Below, piece by piece: positions 49,376-63,880 of a DNA stretch of 64,000 nucleotides (positions are counted from its first letter, which is position 1; the number at the start of each line of letters is the position of its first letter). The stretch is from Okamejei kenojei. Its lineage: Eukaryota. Where the stretch lies: assembly GCA_035221665.1 (NCBI GenBank), contig CM069162.1, forward strand, positions 23,374,001 through 23,438,000. The letters run 5' to 3'. Below the pieces are notes generated by a model, which was not told the origin of the DNA, did no database searches, and saw nothing but the letters and a program-made list of their open reading frames with translations. A program made the position numbers and the translations under genes.

Positions 49376-51448
49376 GTGTCTCCCCGTCGCTGTCAGACCA
49401 GCCGCTCACTCCCTCTGACCTGCGGCGAGGAGAAGTTTTTTTGATTGCTTTGATGCTAATTTCTTCACATCAGAAGCTGGACAATGAGCATCGTGATTAG
49501 GACACGAGAGTGCTGGAGCAAACTCAGCCGGAACGGGCAGATCTCTGGAGAGGAGGATGAAATGGTTGTGATTGGTTTCGGGTCTGAGACCATTTGACAG
49601 CCGCGGCCACGCCGCCCTGAGACCGGTGGCGATAGATATTAACTGTGGTAACGCCTTTGTCTGTTTTTGCTGGCTGGTGAGCGATTGGGGGGCGGCTCGT
49701 GAAATTGCTGCTGCTGTCTCTGTCTGCTTCTTCCTACTGTCACTCTTCACGGCAGAGCAAGGTATGAAGACTAAGCTCTTGCAAAATCGGGGAAGGGAAT
49801 TACTACCTCAAAATGTTAAGACTAAACATGAATGATGTGGGGGAAAACAGGGTTTTAATACCTAAAACTAAACAACTGCCTCGATCATCTTCAAGGAAGG
49901 TTAGGATTCACCAAGTACCCATCTGATAGGCTGATGGCCTCGCCCAACTGATTTTGGTTCTGCAACCAGTAGCAACGCCCCTACATACACACATCACTGG
50001 TGTGGAGTGTGGGGGGGGTGGAGCAGGTGGCGATGTGTAGCACGAGGCTACCCCTCTTTCTGCGTAAGTATTCGCCTCACAATTAATACATTGCCAACAA
50101 CAGTTGTCTGGCGTTGGGACAGTCTTGTGCACTGAGTGACTGGTGGGCTCCCTGCTTTATAATAGCGACTAGGTATCAGCTTGAGAAGTGTGTAGGAAGC
50201 TCCTGCAGACGCTGGTTTACACCGAAGGATAGACAACAAAATTGCTGGAGTAAGAACTCGCGGTCAGCAATTGGGTGACGTTTCGGGTCAAGACTTTTCA
50301 GATCTTCGGATGTTTTGGGAAGGTTGGTACATAATTGTATCCTTTTCTTTAAAGGGGGTGCAATTGTTGTTCATGTCTTTGATGGGGGGGGGGGGGGGGC
50401 TATAACGCACGGAGATCATTGTAAGTTGTTACTGGATTCGGAACCTTGTTCAGTGGGAACCATGAACCACTTATCACTTGCACCCTGTCATGAGGAGTGG
50501 ATGAAGTTAAATTACTCAAGTCATTAAAATAAATTAGGAAATTTTAAAAAACCCACAATCTTAATAATAATGATCGTTTACCTAGAGTTGGGGAATGTCA
50601 AAATTACAGAGGACTTGCGTTTAAGTAGAGAAGGAAACAAGATGTTAATATCCCTGAGGGACAACCTCCTCATTACCAGAGGGTGCTGGGTATATGGAAG
50701 GGGAGCAGCTGTCAGAGGTGGGAAGTTGGAAGCAGCTGCTATAATGCCATTTAAATAGACAACTTGGATAGGTACAGGTTAGAAAGGTTTAGAGGGGATT
50801 GGGGCCAAAACGCGGCGGGCAAAATGGAACCATCTAGATAGGGCATCTTGGTAGCATGGAAGGAGTTGGGCCGAAGTAAGGTCCTGTTCGTGCCACAACT
50901 CTATAACAGAAGTGCATGAATGTGAAAGGGTCTAGACCATTCTGGTGGTTGAACACCTGCCACTCTTCCCCAGGTCTGTCCTCAACAGGACACAAACTTT
51001 GTGTTGACATTTCTGAACGTCATTTAGTTCCGAGTCGATGGGAGGGAGATGGCGCAAACAAAACGCTGGGCATTGTTAGCCCGGTGTGAACAGAAGATGA
51101 AAGTAACTTTTCCACTGACAGTGCAGTGACTGCGGCAGGCGGGGAGTGGTCGGGTACACAAGGGGACTCGACCCGAAACGCACCATCTTCTGCTCTCCAC
51201 AGATGGATGGGAATGGAATACTTTATTGGCAATGGACAAAGGCCACAGTGAAATCTTTGTTGCGTTATAAACATTGGCCCACGAATGGCGCAGGCAAAAA
51301 AGTTTAACAAATGTACGGCCGGCTCCTCTCTATTTCTCTTTTCTCCCCGCCTCCCCCGCCCACGCGGTTCCCCCACGCTGAGAATGTTTCTGTCCCTTAG
51401 TTTACTCCAGGGGGGCAATTAAGTTGGGGGGGGGGGGGGGGTGGGGGG

Positions 51449-51501
<53 letters not shown>

Positions 51502-53429
51502 AAACATCTGGAAACACAAAGATGGACGTTGAAAGGGGGAAAAGAGAGTACAGGAGAAGTTAAGAAGACACCAGAACTTAACTGCGACAGAAAGCTACAC
51601 GAAGGGATTGAGAAGAGTTATGGCCAAGTGGAAATAGGAAATCTCGAGATGAAAAGGGTTGAGGATGTTATAATGTAAAAAGTATAATATGAATGCACAA
51701 AATAAGAAGAGAGCAAGGGTGGATGGAGCTTGTTCTTATCAAGTTATGATTTAGATATATGACTAAATTTTTTGGGTATTATACTAGAGACGTGGGCATG
51801 CAGAGGTCATGATATAAAGGGCCTACTGAGGGTTATCCATCCTACTTCAGGGGAAAGTGCACTATACATCAACCGTTATATATTATCCTGATAATAGTCA
51901 TTCAGTTTTTCAGCTGGTGGTTATCTTTTATCTACTTATGGTGTGATTTAATAAAAAAAGTCCCCTTGCGATTTTACATATGTACATAACTAGGATATAG
52001 AGGTTGCTTAAATAATAATATTGGAGGAATTTTAAAATTTCTCAGAGTAGACACACTAATTTTATAACAAAATACAGGCCCCCAGTAGCATTTAAGGCGT
52101 AGTTTGCAGTTAGGAGTAAATATTCCTACTTTATAAATTGCAATTCAATATACAAATTATGCCACTTTGGATATTTATGGGAGAATACCATTCATTCAAT
52201 GCAATAGGACTAAACAAAATTAACAGGTTTTCTGGACCCCATATAAGGGATTTGTAATCGGTTCCAGAATGGGATCTTTATTAAGAGCAACTTGTATCAA
52301 CAATAACATTTTCCTCCTGGATCTTAAGTAATTCATTGTAATATAATGAACTCCATAACCATAAAAAATTTAAACACGTAAAAGGATTAACTCTTAACTT
52401 CGTAACCCTATTAACCATATTTAATAACAAATTTATATTTATCTTCCAAGTTTGATAGGAACAAGGTAAATCAAATTTTATGAGGTTGAACAAATGGGGA
52501 ATTCCCTATGAAGGCCGAGACGAGAGAGGAGCTTGGATTCCAAATAGGTCAACATGGCGGAAAAGGATTCCCCAGGATTGATTCAGAGGATTACAGAAAA
52601 AATCAGGAATTTTCATAAATGTTCAAAGTTGCAAGATCAATTCATTCTTCAAAAGCAAGGATCCAAGTATTTAAAGAGTATTCTAATAATAAGAAAGAAT
52701 CATCCTTGGCTGAATTTCAAGAGAACACTCTCCTTAGGGATTAAATACACAAAACAAAAGAATATATAAAAATCCGATATATAATAGCAAATCTACTCCC
52801 TAGTAGCCAGAAGCCATTAAGGATTTGGGACCTTTTCAAAGTTACAACATAATTTACAACCAAAAAGGGCATTTACGGGCTGAAATCATACCCTCATGAA
52901 GTACGAGGGTAACATCATTCCACATAGCCAACAATAAACTACCCCTCTAAAACTTCCAGGGTAGTAAAATGCTTCTTTCAGGGTATTGTTAAGATACTTC
53001 AATCCCAACTAGATAGTAGTAGAACCTATTGACCAAATGTATGACCTTTATGAAGGCAGATTCATTCCCAACACATAGTGTGTGAATGCTTACCTCTTCA
53101 CATTAATCCTCTCTTCGCCATGGTAACATAGGAAAATTGGCAGAAGAGGTTCGTCTCCAACAAGAATTTATCCTTCAGGTTTACATCCGCTTGTCATCAA
53201 ACCACCCCCGTTTTGTCTTCACATGGAATCCGACCCCACAAACTATCTCCTTCAGACTGTACTGAGGACTGAGGAATCTAGGGGAGTAGATAACCTGACC
53301 AAGAAAACTTAGCACCCTTTAGGCGAGAAAGAAATAATATTGGGTGGGTCTGATGGGACTGAAGCTGACCCACAAAATCCTCAGGGCCTGAGGGTCTGCT
53401 TCCCTGGTATACTCAAGGAGGGGCTTCTT

Positions 53430-55390
53430 AGAAACTAGTGGACGCTTATTATTGAGTCCTATCGATTCATTATTACCAAACCTGTTCTCCATAGATTCAG
53501 GATCAGTTCCTTGTGGATTGGGCGGTAGCTAATGTTCATCCCACTTTTCAAAGAAAGGGAGCGGAGAAACAACAGGACAAATTATTAGCCCATCTTAACT
53601 GACCCCTTATCAGGTGGTGGGAAGATGCTGGAGTTATATACTACTAAACAGTGTAATAACGGCGCATCACCTTACCCCCCCCTTGGATCAAACAAGTAAA
53701 AGGATTGGTCCCAGGTTAAGCATGGATTAATTATTTGAACTGGAAACACTGATGGGGACAATTATATCTCCTTGAGAATATTTTGAGGATGTGACCAAGT
53801 AAAAATCCTTCCATGGACAATGACTTCCAGCCCACTGTTTTTTTAAGAACTGAAGTATTTTTTTTGTGGATGTTACTGTATCATTGGACAATTTCCCCAG
53901 AAAAGCATTTGATAAGGTCCCCCACACAAAGGAGGATCTTAGTGGGCAAAATTAGAGCTACATGGTTTATTAGGGGTAGGTAATTGACATGCCTTCCACG
54001 ATAGGAGTCAAGTTGGTCCTGGCGGAAATTCCCGGTATGACAAGGAGTTAACTAAAGAGAGAAGGATGTAATATCTTGACTGGACCTGTACCCTGTGAAT
54101 GGCAGGCAGTGGCGAGTGGAGTTCCGCCAAGCTCGGTGTAGTTGGGGCCTCCGCAATATTATACATCCTATACTAAATGATTTAGGGATGATGAATAAAG
54201 TTAACACCTAGCACAATTTTCACTCGTTACACAAGCTGGGTGTGCTATAGTGTGACTGCGAAGGGATGTAGGAGGTTGCAGGGTAACCATCCACTTGGAC
54301 AGACAGTAAAGTGGTTCACGGAAGCAGATGTGCCATGCAGATCGCAGTATAATGTAGAGTACGAATGTTACTGAGGTTAATCCACTTTGCCAGCAAGACA
54401 TCGTTTACTAGGAGGCAGATTATTACACAATGGTGTCAGATTAGGAAAAAGGGAAGTGCAATGTGAGCTGGTGTGCCTTGTACACCCAGTCACTGAAAGT
54501 AAACATGAAGGTATTAGCAAGCAGTGAAGAAAGATACCTCCAAATGACCTAGCACTCTGTTTTTGGGCCTTTCACTAACGATCGCGAGGATTTTGTGAGT
54601 TGTGGGTAGTAAACGAGGTCCTTCTGAGTTGTGCAGGGCCCTGGTCGAGGAACTGCATCATGGAGTATAATGTGTTGCAGTGTTGGTCTCCTAATTTTAA
54701 GGACAGGAAACAGTCCTATGCTATTGAGCGCAGTTGGAAGACAGTAGGTTCAGCGATCGGTTAGAATCCTCTCTTCTCGGTCAGGTATGGGTACATTTGA
54801 GGAAGGACAGATTGTCGTATGTGAGAGAAAGGATGTTGGGCAAGGAGCATCAATGAGGCTCGCTCTTATTCATCGGAATTTTTTTAGAAGGCTCTTTATA
54901 AGAAGAGACATGGATCGGGTAACATATAGAAGACGATATTACTAATTATTAGAATATCGAGTCTGGCACTAGTCTAGTTGCAGGAAATAAATGTTTCCCA
55001 TGTTTCGGATCGGGGCTGAGGGTGTGCATGAAGCAGGGGACACAGTCTAAGAATTAAAGGGGAGGCCATTTAAAAAATTTGAGAGATGATGAGAACAAAA
55101 TGTTTTCACCCAGATAGAGTTTGTGGAATTTGTGGAATTCTCATGCCACAGAAGGACAGTGGAGGCGCAAGTCACTTGCATGAGAATTTAAGAGAGAGGT
55201 TTGATTAGAGCTCTCTCTAGGGGGCGAATCAAGTGGAATACTGGAGGAAGAGAAGGCAGGCGACGGAGTTACTGAGATTGAGGAATCCATCAAGACCATG
55301 ATCACAATGAATGGCGGTGTGCTGGCTCGAAGGGCCAAATGGCCTCCTCCCTGCCACCTTATTTTCCATGTTTCTATATGTGTTCTATTT
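53430..55390 (+). mobile_element. 5'-truncated CR1 LINE with RT domain, heavily frameshifted
   Basis: Motifs in order: DW.VANV.PLFKKG, VVGKMLE, EYFEDVT, QKAFDKVPH, WQAVASGVP, LWNS, then 3' UTR and tttctat tail. Confidence 0.9.
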
Positions 55391-56399
55391 TTGGTTGTGT
55401 GTAAACCAGCAATCTGCCAATTTCCTTCGTACACATGTAGTCAGGTACGATCGTCTTGTGGGTGGAAACAGGCTCTTTGTGAAATCAAAGCACATGGGCA
55501 TTCCGTCGTACCCGTCTGGTGCAGTTTATTACCTTGGGATTCTGCGCAGGAAGCGGACGGGAAGAAGGTATGAAAGCGGAACGTGGAGTTATACTAAGGC
55601 ATTTGTCTTACAGATACGGCATCTTTTTTTAATTGTGTTTACAGCTCCATCCACTGAGAGTTTTCATGTTGATCCCCAGCACCCATTATGGCTACACTGT
55701 TATTATCTACCCGAACTGAACCAAATACATCGCCCACCACACCAACCTCATCTCCAGCCACTCCTTACCCATAGACTTGCTCCTCACGGACATGCATGAA
55801 GATAAAAGGTCTCAGAGATTCTCAACATAATCTGATTCAGGAAACGAGGAAGCTACTAAAAAACTGTTGTTGTGTTTTAAAGCCGATTTTTCTTGAATGG
55901 TGATTAATTATTCAGAGTCTCAGCATGCTGCCTTCCTTTCTGCTCTTCATTTAATTGTATGCTTCCTTCTTGGACTGGTGTAAAAGGCCTCCCTTGTTCC
56001 GTCTGAGCTGTTTTATCTGTTCCATTGTGAGCAATTCTGAAGTGGGAGAGGGGGAGAGCACGAGAAGGAAAAGATTTGACGAGTGCCGCTGGGGAATGCT
56101 TGCAAGTGAACAGCTCACACACAAGAGAGCGTTTAGGACCGGCCTTTCATCTCCCGAGCTTCACAGGCCTGAGACTGGTGTCTCTTCGTCAACTCTCGCC
56201 TGGCACTGTGGACACAGAGGGGGTCAGAGGACAATCCCCACTGGCCAAGGGCTGTGGGAAGGGAGGGAATCTCCTCGCTCAATGCAAATCAACACAGGAT
56301 TTCTTTATTCTCCATGTTCAGTACATTCTCAGAAATCGCATTTCTACACATTTGATGAACTTGATCTCATATGATGATGAAAAGAATGGGGTCGACATG

Positions 56400-56930
56400 G
56401 GCTTGTAAGTCACTTGGAATGTCAGAAAGGGTGAGAGGGGGATTCTAATAGAAAGACAATCAAATCCAATTCTTTATTAAAATGGGAGGCTCGACAGGCT
56501 AGATGCAGGGAAAGGTTTCCACGATTTTTGTGGTGGAGTCCATGAACGAGGAGGGGTCCACAGTCTAGGGAGTGAAGGAAGGGTCATTTAATGATCTGAG
56601 TTTTGTAGTCAGATCTATCCAAAAAATCCGTCATTTAGAGTGCAACCCAGAAGTGTTGACTGAAATCTATTGGAATTCTCTGCCACAGAAGGCCAGTGGG
56701 AGGACCAAGGACCAATTCGTACGTGTGAGTGTTTTCAAAGAGAGAGGTGTTAGAATTTGGCTCTTAAGGCTAAAGGAATCAAGGGATATGGTGGGTAAAG
56801 GAGGAGGATTGGGACAAGCTGATGATATTTCGGATGGATCCAGCCATGATTCATATTTTGTAATTGGTGTGGTGCTGGCTCTGTAGGGTTGACCGAATGG
56901 CCTACTCCCTGCACCTATTTTCTAATGTTT
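56400..56930 (+). mobile_element. CR1 LINE 3' fragment (noisy)
   Basis: tggaattctctgccacagaaggc...gaatggcctactccctgcacctattttct. Confidence 0.8.
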
Positions 56931-59034
56931 CTCGCTCTTCTAAAATTCATGTGAAAGGTGCCTTTGAGACAGCCAGGTTGCAGCAAGGGTGGTTTGTGCT
57001 AGCCAGAAGAGCCGTTGAGAAGAGGAGAAGTTTATCAATTGTTTGGAGCCACCTCACCGCACCTTCGTGACTATACTGTGGTGTTTACAGTGATACGAGG
57101 GAGGAAGCCCAAGCTCTGGGTGACTCACACTGCAATGTCGAGGGATTTTCTGAGGTAATCGCACTATGACCAACGCATGTACTGGGGAGTAACAGGAGCA
57201 GGTCAGACGATGGGTATTCCTTGGCAGGTGGACCTCACCTCCCTGACACCTAAAGCTGCCTGCGTCACCATACAGAGCGCACAAAGTGGGGGAGCGTTGG
57301 TGGAAATTAGCCCCCACCTTGTAGGATGAATTGCTCCACGCCCCCCCACATTCTCAGGAAACGCTAGCCATTTAACTGCCCCGTGTCACTACAAAAACTC
57401 TACACCCACGTGCTCAGAGGCAATCGATACAAAGTCCACTGCCCAGCGTTATATTCCCCGTTACTCCAAAAGCAATCTCCCTAATGCCGGCAATTTCCCA
57501 CAGAACATAAGGGAGACGTCAAGAGATGTAACGTGCATAGGGAATATGCGCTGACCTGCTAGGTTGACTCTGCATTCACCTCCCCCCCTTCGCTAGTATA
57601 CTGAACTTGAATATATATTTATTGCCATTCCTTTCATTGCCACCTGGGTTCAAAAATACTGGATTCCTCTTCCCTAATCGGGGTTTAGGTGGCATGAGGC
57701 CACTTCACGGGTATGGAGCATCAACATACAGAGAGGCTGGCTCACTTCTCATCTAGAAGGGCATTTAGTGTTGGGCACCACAGAGAGTGCCCTGGATTAG
57801 TGTCTAACAAAAGGTAGGGACAGAGGGTGGTGAAGAAAGGGAAATAAGGGCCTAGGTCCGTACCTCGCAGCCTCACCGGCCAACCAGCTGCAGGCATAAA
57901 AAAAGTTGTTGTGCAGTTTATGTTTGTTAAAATTAAACCACTATATCTCACATGTGGTTTGAGTGAGGGCGAGCATTCTATGGAGCGAAGGAAATAGATT
58001 CCTTCACCAATTCCTATCGGCTCCCATAGACGCTGCCCGTCACGCCGACTGAGTTTCCTCCAGCATTTTTGTCATACCACCGATGTTTCCTCAAGCATCT
58101 GCAGATTCTTTCTTAAAACTATTATTCACATGTGCATTTTTGCACAATTTTGATTACCAGCCCTGAAGATTTATCTTCAACAGGTGCCGTGGGAAAAAAG
58201 GACGCACACAACTCTCCATGAGGTTTAGAGGGTATGCTTTTACCATTTGCCGTGGCCAGTGAGATTATTAGATCATTTCCGCTATTTTCCAAAATGTCTA
58301 TGGTCTATGCACGTTTAGTTTACAGCGTGTTATATATAATATATACATATACTATTCATGATGCTATGTGTATAAATAGTTCCTGATTGCATTTGCATAA
58401 TAAATTTCCTGGCGCGAGATTTATAAATACTCCTCTTTTTGTAAAATATTACACATTATCGTAAATTGTCCACATCCAAGTAGGTATTTCTCTGTCTGGG
58501 CAAGTTACCTCAGAATAGCACACACAAAAAATCGTAAAGTGAACACATGCATTGAAAAGGGGCAACTTATCGAGGGAGTGGGGACGGTGGGGCTTTTCTG
58601 GGAGTTAATGGTAGCTTAGAAGAGTCCAGGCGGGGGTGTAAAGGTGAAGGTGGAGTCTAATATGGAGAAAAGTGTTAGCGAGGTGATTTCAGGAGAATGA
58701 GCAGAGAGATTTGTGTTCTTCTCGTTGACAACGCAGTGAGAGCTGGTAGGTTGACAATGAACGGCAGGAGCAGGAAGTCAGCTCTCTAGAGAATGATGAA
58801 GGTATTTGAAACGGTGGGCCACAAAGTGCAGAATAGATGGTCTCACGATTTACCATCTGATTTTTGTCCGATGTCTCAATAAAGCTTACTCGCAGCGTGC
58901 TGCAGGAAGGAACTGCAGGTGCTGGGTTTGGCATCGAAGATAGACACAAACTGCTGGAGTAACCCAGCAGGTCAAGGCAGCATCTCTGGACAAAAGGGAA
59001 TAGGTCATGTGATTCTGAAGATGGAGTCTTCTGA

Positions 59035-59635
59035 GTGTGTATAGGGCTTGGTTGAGAGAGCCCATCTGGAGTATAGTGGTACAGTTTTGTGTCTGCCTTA
59101 AATTTGAGGAAGGACATCCTGTGTGATTGTGGCAGTGCAAGCGTTAGTTCACGAGATTGATACCTTAGCGATGGCGTGGACTGTCATTATAAGGACAGAT
59201 TGAAAAAAAAATTAGGTTGTATTATGGATGTTAGAGGATGAGCCGGGGTATTTATAGATAATATATAAAAATAATAAAAGGAAGGCTGGACAAGCTAGAT
59301 GCAGGAAAAAAATGTTCCCCCAATGTTTGTACAGAACCAGAGGGCCCGCAGTGTTAGAATAATGGGAGGTCATTTAAGACCTGAGGTGAGAAAAATTACT
59401 TTTTTTTACCCAGGTGGTGTTGTGAATTTATGGAATTCCCTGCCAGAGGGAGTGGAGGCTAAATCACTGGATGATTGGATAGGAGCTCTAGGCGCTAGTG
59501 GAGTATGGGATAGGGGAGTAGACGCAGCACGGGTTCAATTGATAGCGGACCGACAGCCATGATCAAATGTATGGCGGTGCTGGCTCGAATGGCGAAGGGA
59601 CCACCTCCTGCACCTATTTCTATGTTTTCTATGTC
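59035..59635 (+). mobile_element. CR1 LINE 3' fragment (noisy)
   Basis: VVNLWNSLPEGVEAKSLD, cctcctgcacctatttctatgttttctatg tail. Confidence 0.8.
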
Positions 59636-60148
59636 TCAACCCGGAAACATCTCCTATTCCTGTTCTCCAGAGATGCTGCCTGACCCGCTGAGTTACTCCA
59701 GCATTTTGTGTCGATCTTAAGCTTATTCAGGATCGTAAGCATTTTCACAGAAATAAAGTTTGATTCAGCATTGTTGATTTACCCTTAGTCAGGCTGGGGG
59801 ACTAAAAGTGAAGTGAACTGAACTGAAAAGTGGGATTCATTTTAATATGCACATTTACAAGGAATACTGGGAAAAGGCAGAGAGCTGAGAATCGGCACAG
59901 GCTCAAAGCCTTCACACTGTGCTGGAAATTTCAATGAATATATGAATAGCACATTTAAATATAAATATATAAATAGTTGAATTGAACGCTATCATCTCAA
60001 GCTGGATATTTGCATGTTGAACAAAATGTGGAGAATCGCACGCATGGAGGAAGATGCGCAATCGTTTCACCCCTGTGCTCTCCAACAACTCTTTGAAGGG
60101 TTTTCAGTTGATCCCACTGCCTGCCTTGCCCCCACCCCTCCCCCCCCC

Positions 60149-60181
<33 letters not shown>

Positions 60182-60769
60182 TACCCACCCCCCCCCCCCC
60201 CCCCGCCCCCCCCCCCACCCACCCACCAACCCTGTGGACACTTTTCTTCCTTTTCTTTATCCAAAACTCGCAGTTCAAGTTTACTTGTTTGAATCTGTCC
60301 AAATTCCCTTATTCTAGGGGGGTAGCATGCCAGACAAAATATATAAATATTCATGCGTACATGAAATATTCAAATAACTTTCTACATCGTACATAAGACT
60401 ATAAAACATCATATTTGTTAGTGCTACATGCGCCACCTGTGACAACATTGACAACACCCTGCTTGGGAATATCTATTGGTATTTTTTTGCAAACCAATTG
60501 TGTTGTTCAAGGCAATGTCGATCTAGGCAGCTGTTGCAGAGGGAATTTTCGCGTCCCCAGTTTATTTCTATCCAGGGGGGGAATTGAACATAAATAAATT
60601 TCCAGGTCCTCCAACGTAGCAAGCAAAGTGAGCTGTTACCCCTGTATGCACTTGTTATGGAGGACAAAACAAGCCTGGACTGTTAAACTACAGTACTGAA
60701 CCCCTACTTACTCACTATCAGAGCTCCCAAATAAAACCCTCTTGTTTAGTCAGGTTTGGGACTTACAGA

Positions 60770-61280
60770 AAAGGAATAAACCGGACAAGTGGACTTTCAA
60801 CAAAAGGCAATGGTCCCGTCTGTAAATCAATGAAAGTTTGGAAAGATGAGGGTGGAATATCATTGAAGGCCTACCAGGGTAAGAAAGGTTTGATGGAGGT
60901 GTCGCGGGGAGAGATGGTTTCCCGTTATAGGAGAGTTCTTAGAAACCAGAGGGCTCAGCTCAGAATTAAAAGGTTGTGTACCCTCAAGATGGAGATTGAG
61001 GGCGGGATTTTCTTCAGAGGGAGGGTGGGTGGTTGTGGAATCTGGCTTGGAATTCACGGGTCTGCAGACTAAATGAGTGGGCAAGACATTAGGTTTTTTA
61101 ATGACAGGAGATTAACAGGTTCTTGATTAGGATAAAGGTCTTCTCCAAGATTACAGGGAGAAAGGGAAGGCAGTGATGAATGGGGTTGAAGAGGGATAAA
61201 TAGATAGCCATGATTGATATGGTGGTAGTGGACTACGACGGGATGGATTGACCCATGTCTGCTTCTGTGTCTGATGCTTT
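60770..61280 (+). mobile_element. CR1 LINE 3' fragment (noisy)
   Basis: Similar to 15868-16240. Confidence 0.7.
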
Positions 61281-61509
61281 AATTCTTTCGCATTTCTCCG
61301 CAGGCTCCTGACAGAGTTGTGAGGCGCCCAGCTTTCTGAGCAGAAGCTTGTGGTGACCACATTCTGGTAATGTATGAAGAGGGTCTCGACCCCGAAAACG
61401 TCGCCTATTTACTCCCTCTTCGCTCCAGTAGAGCTGCCGCAAAACGCTGAGTTTTCCAGATTTTGTTCTACTTCGATTTTCAAGCATCTGCAGTCCCTCT
61501 TAACCATTC

Positions 61510-61632
61510 TTTCTTAATGTGCTAAAAACACTCTTGTACAACACTCTGACAACCTCTTCAAGCTAAAACACTATACAATGCACACACTCTTCAATGCTAC
61601 AACACTCTAACAATGCTACCACTTACAATGCT
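61510..61632. repeat. Short degenerate tandem repeat (acaatgctacaacactct)
   Basis: About 6 copies. Confidence 0.6.
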
Positions 61633-63559
61633 GTGATCTCCAGCAATCATGGGTCACCTAAAATATTGTCACAGAAGCAATGAAACAGTGCACAGCTAGC
61701 CATTAGTAACATTTCATCTCTGTCTTCCCAAAAACTTTGCTTTAGAAGAAATTTACCATAGATAGTAGGGCAGCAGAGTAGTTAGGCACTGGCTCTACTT
61801 CCCAAAATTTCAGGGGTAGTCCATGGGTTGATGGAGGGTGTTATGTGCTTTGTTCTGGATAGTAGCTCGTGAATGCCTGAGGAGAAGCTCTGCTGCAAGG
61901 AGGAAACCTGGCCATCTGAACGAAGGCTGTGGTGTGAAATCAATGCCAACATGGATTTTGAATGGACCGGAGTGAGAGGGACTGCTCCTTCATTGCATTC
62001 ATTGACGAGTCTCCAGTTTTGGGCCGTGTTAGTGTGCCACCGACCTATTTGAGTTTTTGTAGAACTACGGGAATGCTGGTATTTTTAACAACAAGAGTTA
62101 CATTACCATCTGCTCCTGTGCGTTTTGTGATGGACACAGACAGATGCCAGTATGCTTATTAATTTAAAAATATAGAGACATTTTTATCAAGATTTGTGTT
62201 CCAATTATATACAACCTTACCCCTACACCTTCCTTTTGTGTTGATGTTATAAACTATCAGCTTTTAATTCAAGTAAATGTGGACTATAAAATATCAAAAT
62301 CAATACAAACATTCAAAAATTTAGAAAAACTGTCCGTTTTTAATCCTTTAGGGTGCCAGTACACTGTATGTTATCGCCGCACACGGTCGCAAAAAGCACT
62401 CTCCTCTGAAATAGGCATGTAATGAATCCTAGTATTATAATGGGAATTTGTTTTGTTTATCAAAAGAAAGCCACTTTGGGCTGTTATAAGAGTTTTCATT
62501 CTTTCTTAAAACTGGCCACATCTTTTGTGGCTGACAACTCAAAGAAGTCCAGGGGAACTGGTGCATAATCTGCAATGGCACTCTCATGTGAGGAACCAGG
62601 GGCTCTCTCTGACTGATACGTTCCAGTTCAAGATACTCATTCCAAGGAATCCTGCCGTGATCCTTGCTAACCCCTAGTGGTTGACGATCCAACAATTCAG
62701 TTTCACTCCGTGCTCCCTCCATACATTCCCACAACCTTCCAAGTTTCCAAATTACAATCCTTTTCCTGTTGCCTTTTTATACAATAACCATCTTTTCATG
62801 TTCTTAACGCGAGTTGTTCTCACCCAGAAGTGTGCGTGCAACATGTAAGGCCATGTTTCACATTTGTGGGATTGGGGGTTCACACACCGAGAGGAGGGAT
62901 GGGGGAGGGTGAACACGCCTGATGACAACCTCTGCACTGCTCCTTACCCCCAGAGAGTTCAGTCAAATCTGATATAAAGCTTTCTTGATATTTTCATTAA
63001 TAGCAGAGCCGTTTGTAATGCGCCAAAGCCACGGAGGATTAGTAGGGCTTATGCATTGGACCTCCTTTTTGGCTAGTCGCAAGATAGCTCATCTTCAAAC
63101 GGATAATCCAACTCGTGATGGACAGGATATTATGGGGCTTAGAATTCGGGAAAAGAAAACGGGAAGTGGAACGGAATGCTGGGGGAAGCTGATGAGAAAG
63201 GCAAGTTTTCTTTGGCTTTCATTTTCGACGTGGACTGTGCTGGAAGGCCAGCGTTGTATGCCAGTCCCTCTATTGTCATGGCAAATTTGTGAGGTCTTGC
63301 TGAAATCTAAGGTCCCACACATGCGCAAGGTACATTGTAGCACCACCACAGGTGTCCCTGCTGGTTTCTATGGGGATTCTCAATATACTTTCAGCAGTTT
63401 GTGGATGATTTTGGAGAACTGGGCCAGTAAGCTTGTTTGCTCTGGGCTCTACAGATGCATCCAGATCAACTGAATGAGGATTGGTTAGAGTTTCTTCCCT
63501 TAAGACTCTAACTTCCCTTAAGTCCTCACACTCTCACAGTTTGCTAGACACTTTAAAAC

Positions 63560-63880
63560 AGACTATAAGACTTTTACAACTTTCAGTTCAAACTTTATAG
63601 TAGATACAAGCTCTAGGAAAACAAGAACTTTGGCCCATTATGTTCATGCCAACCAGCCCATCACCCTGGACACCAAACACTTATCCTGCACACCCGGGGT
63701 GATAACCTACAAACCGGTACGCCTTTCGGTGTGTGGGAGGAACAACAGAGCACCTGGGAAAACCCACGCCCTCCACTCACAGTAAGAAAATGTACTAAAA
63801 CTCCGTTTACAGGCCAGCACCGTAGTCGCATGATCGAACCCGCGACTCTCTGGCGCTGGGTGCAGTACTCTACGCTGCAA
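63560..63880 (-). mobile_element. SINE (noisy)
   Basis: (agacttt)n tail, gtgtgggaggaacaacagagcacctgggaaaacccacg, gatcgaaccc head. Confidence 0.65.
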
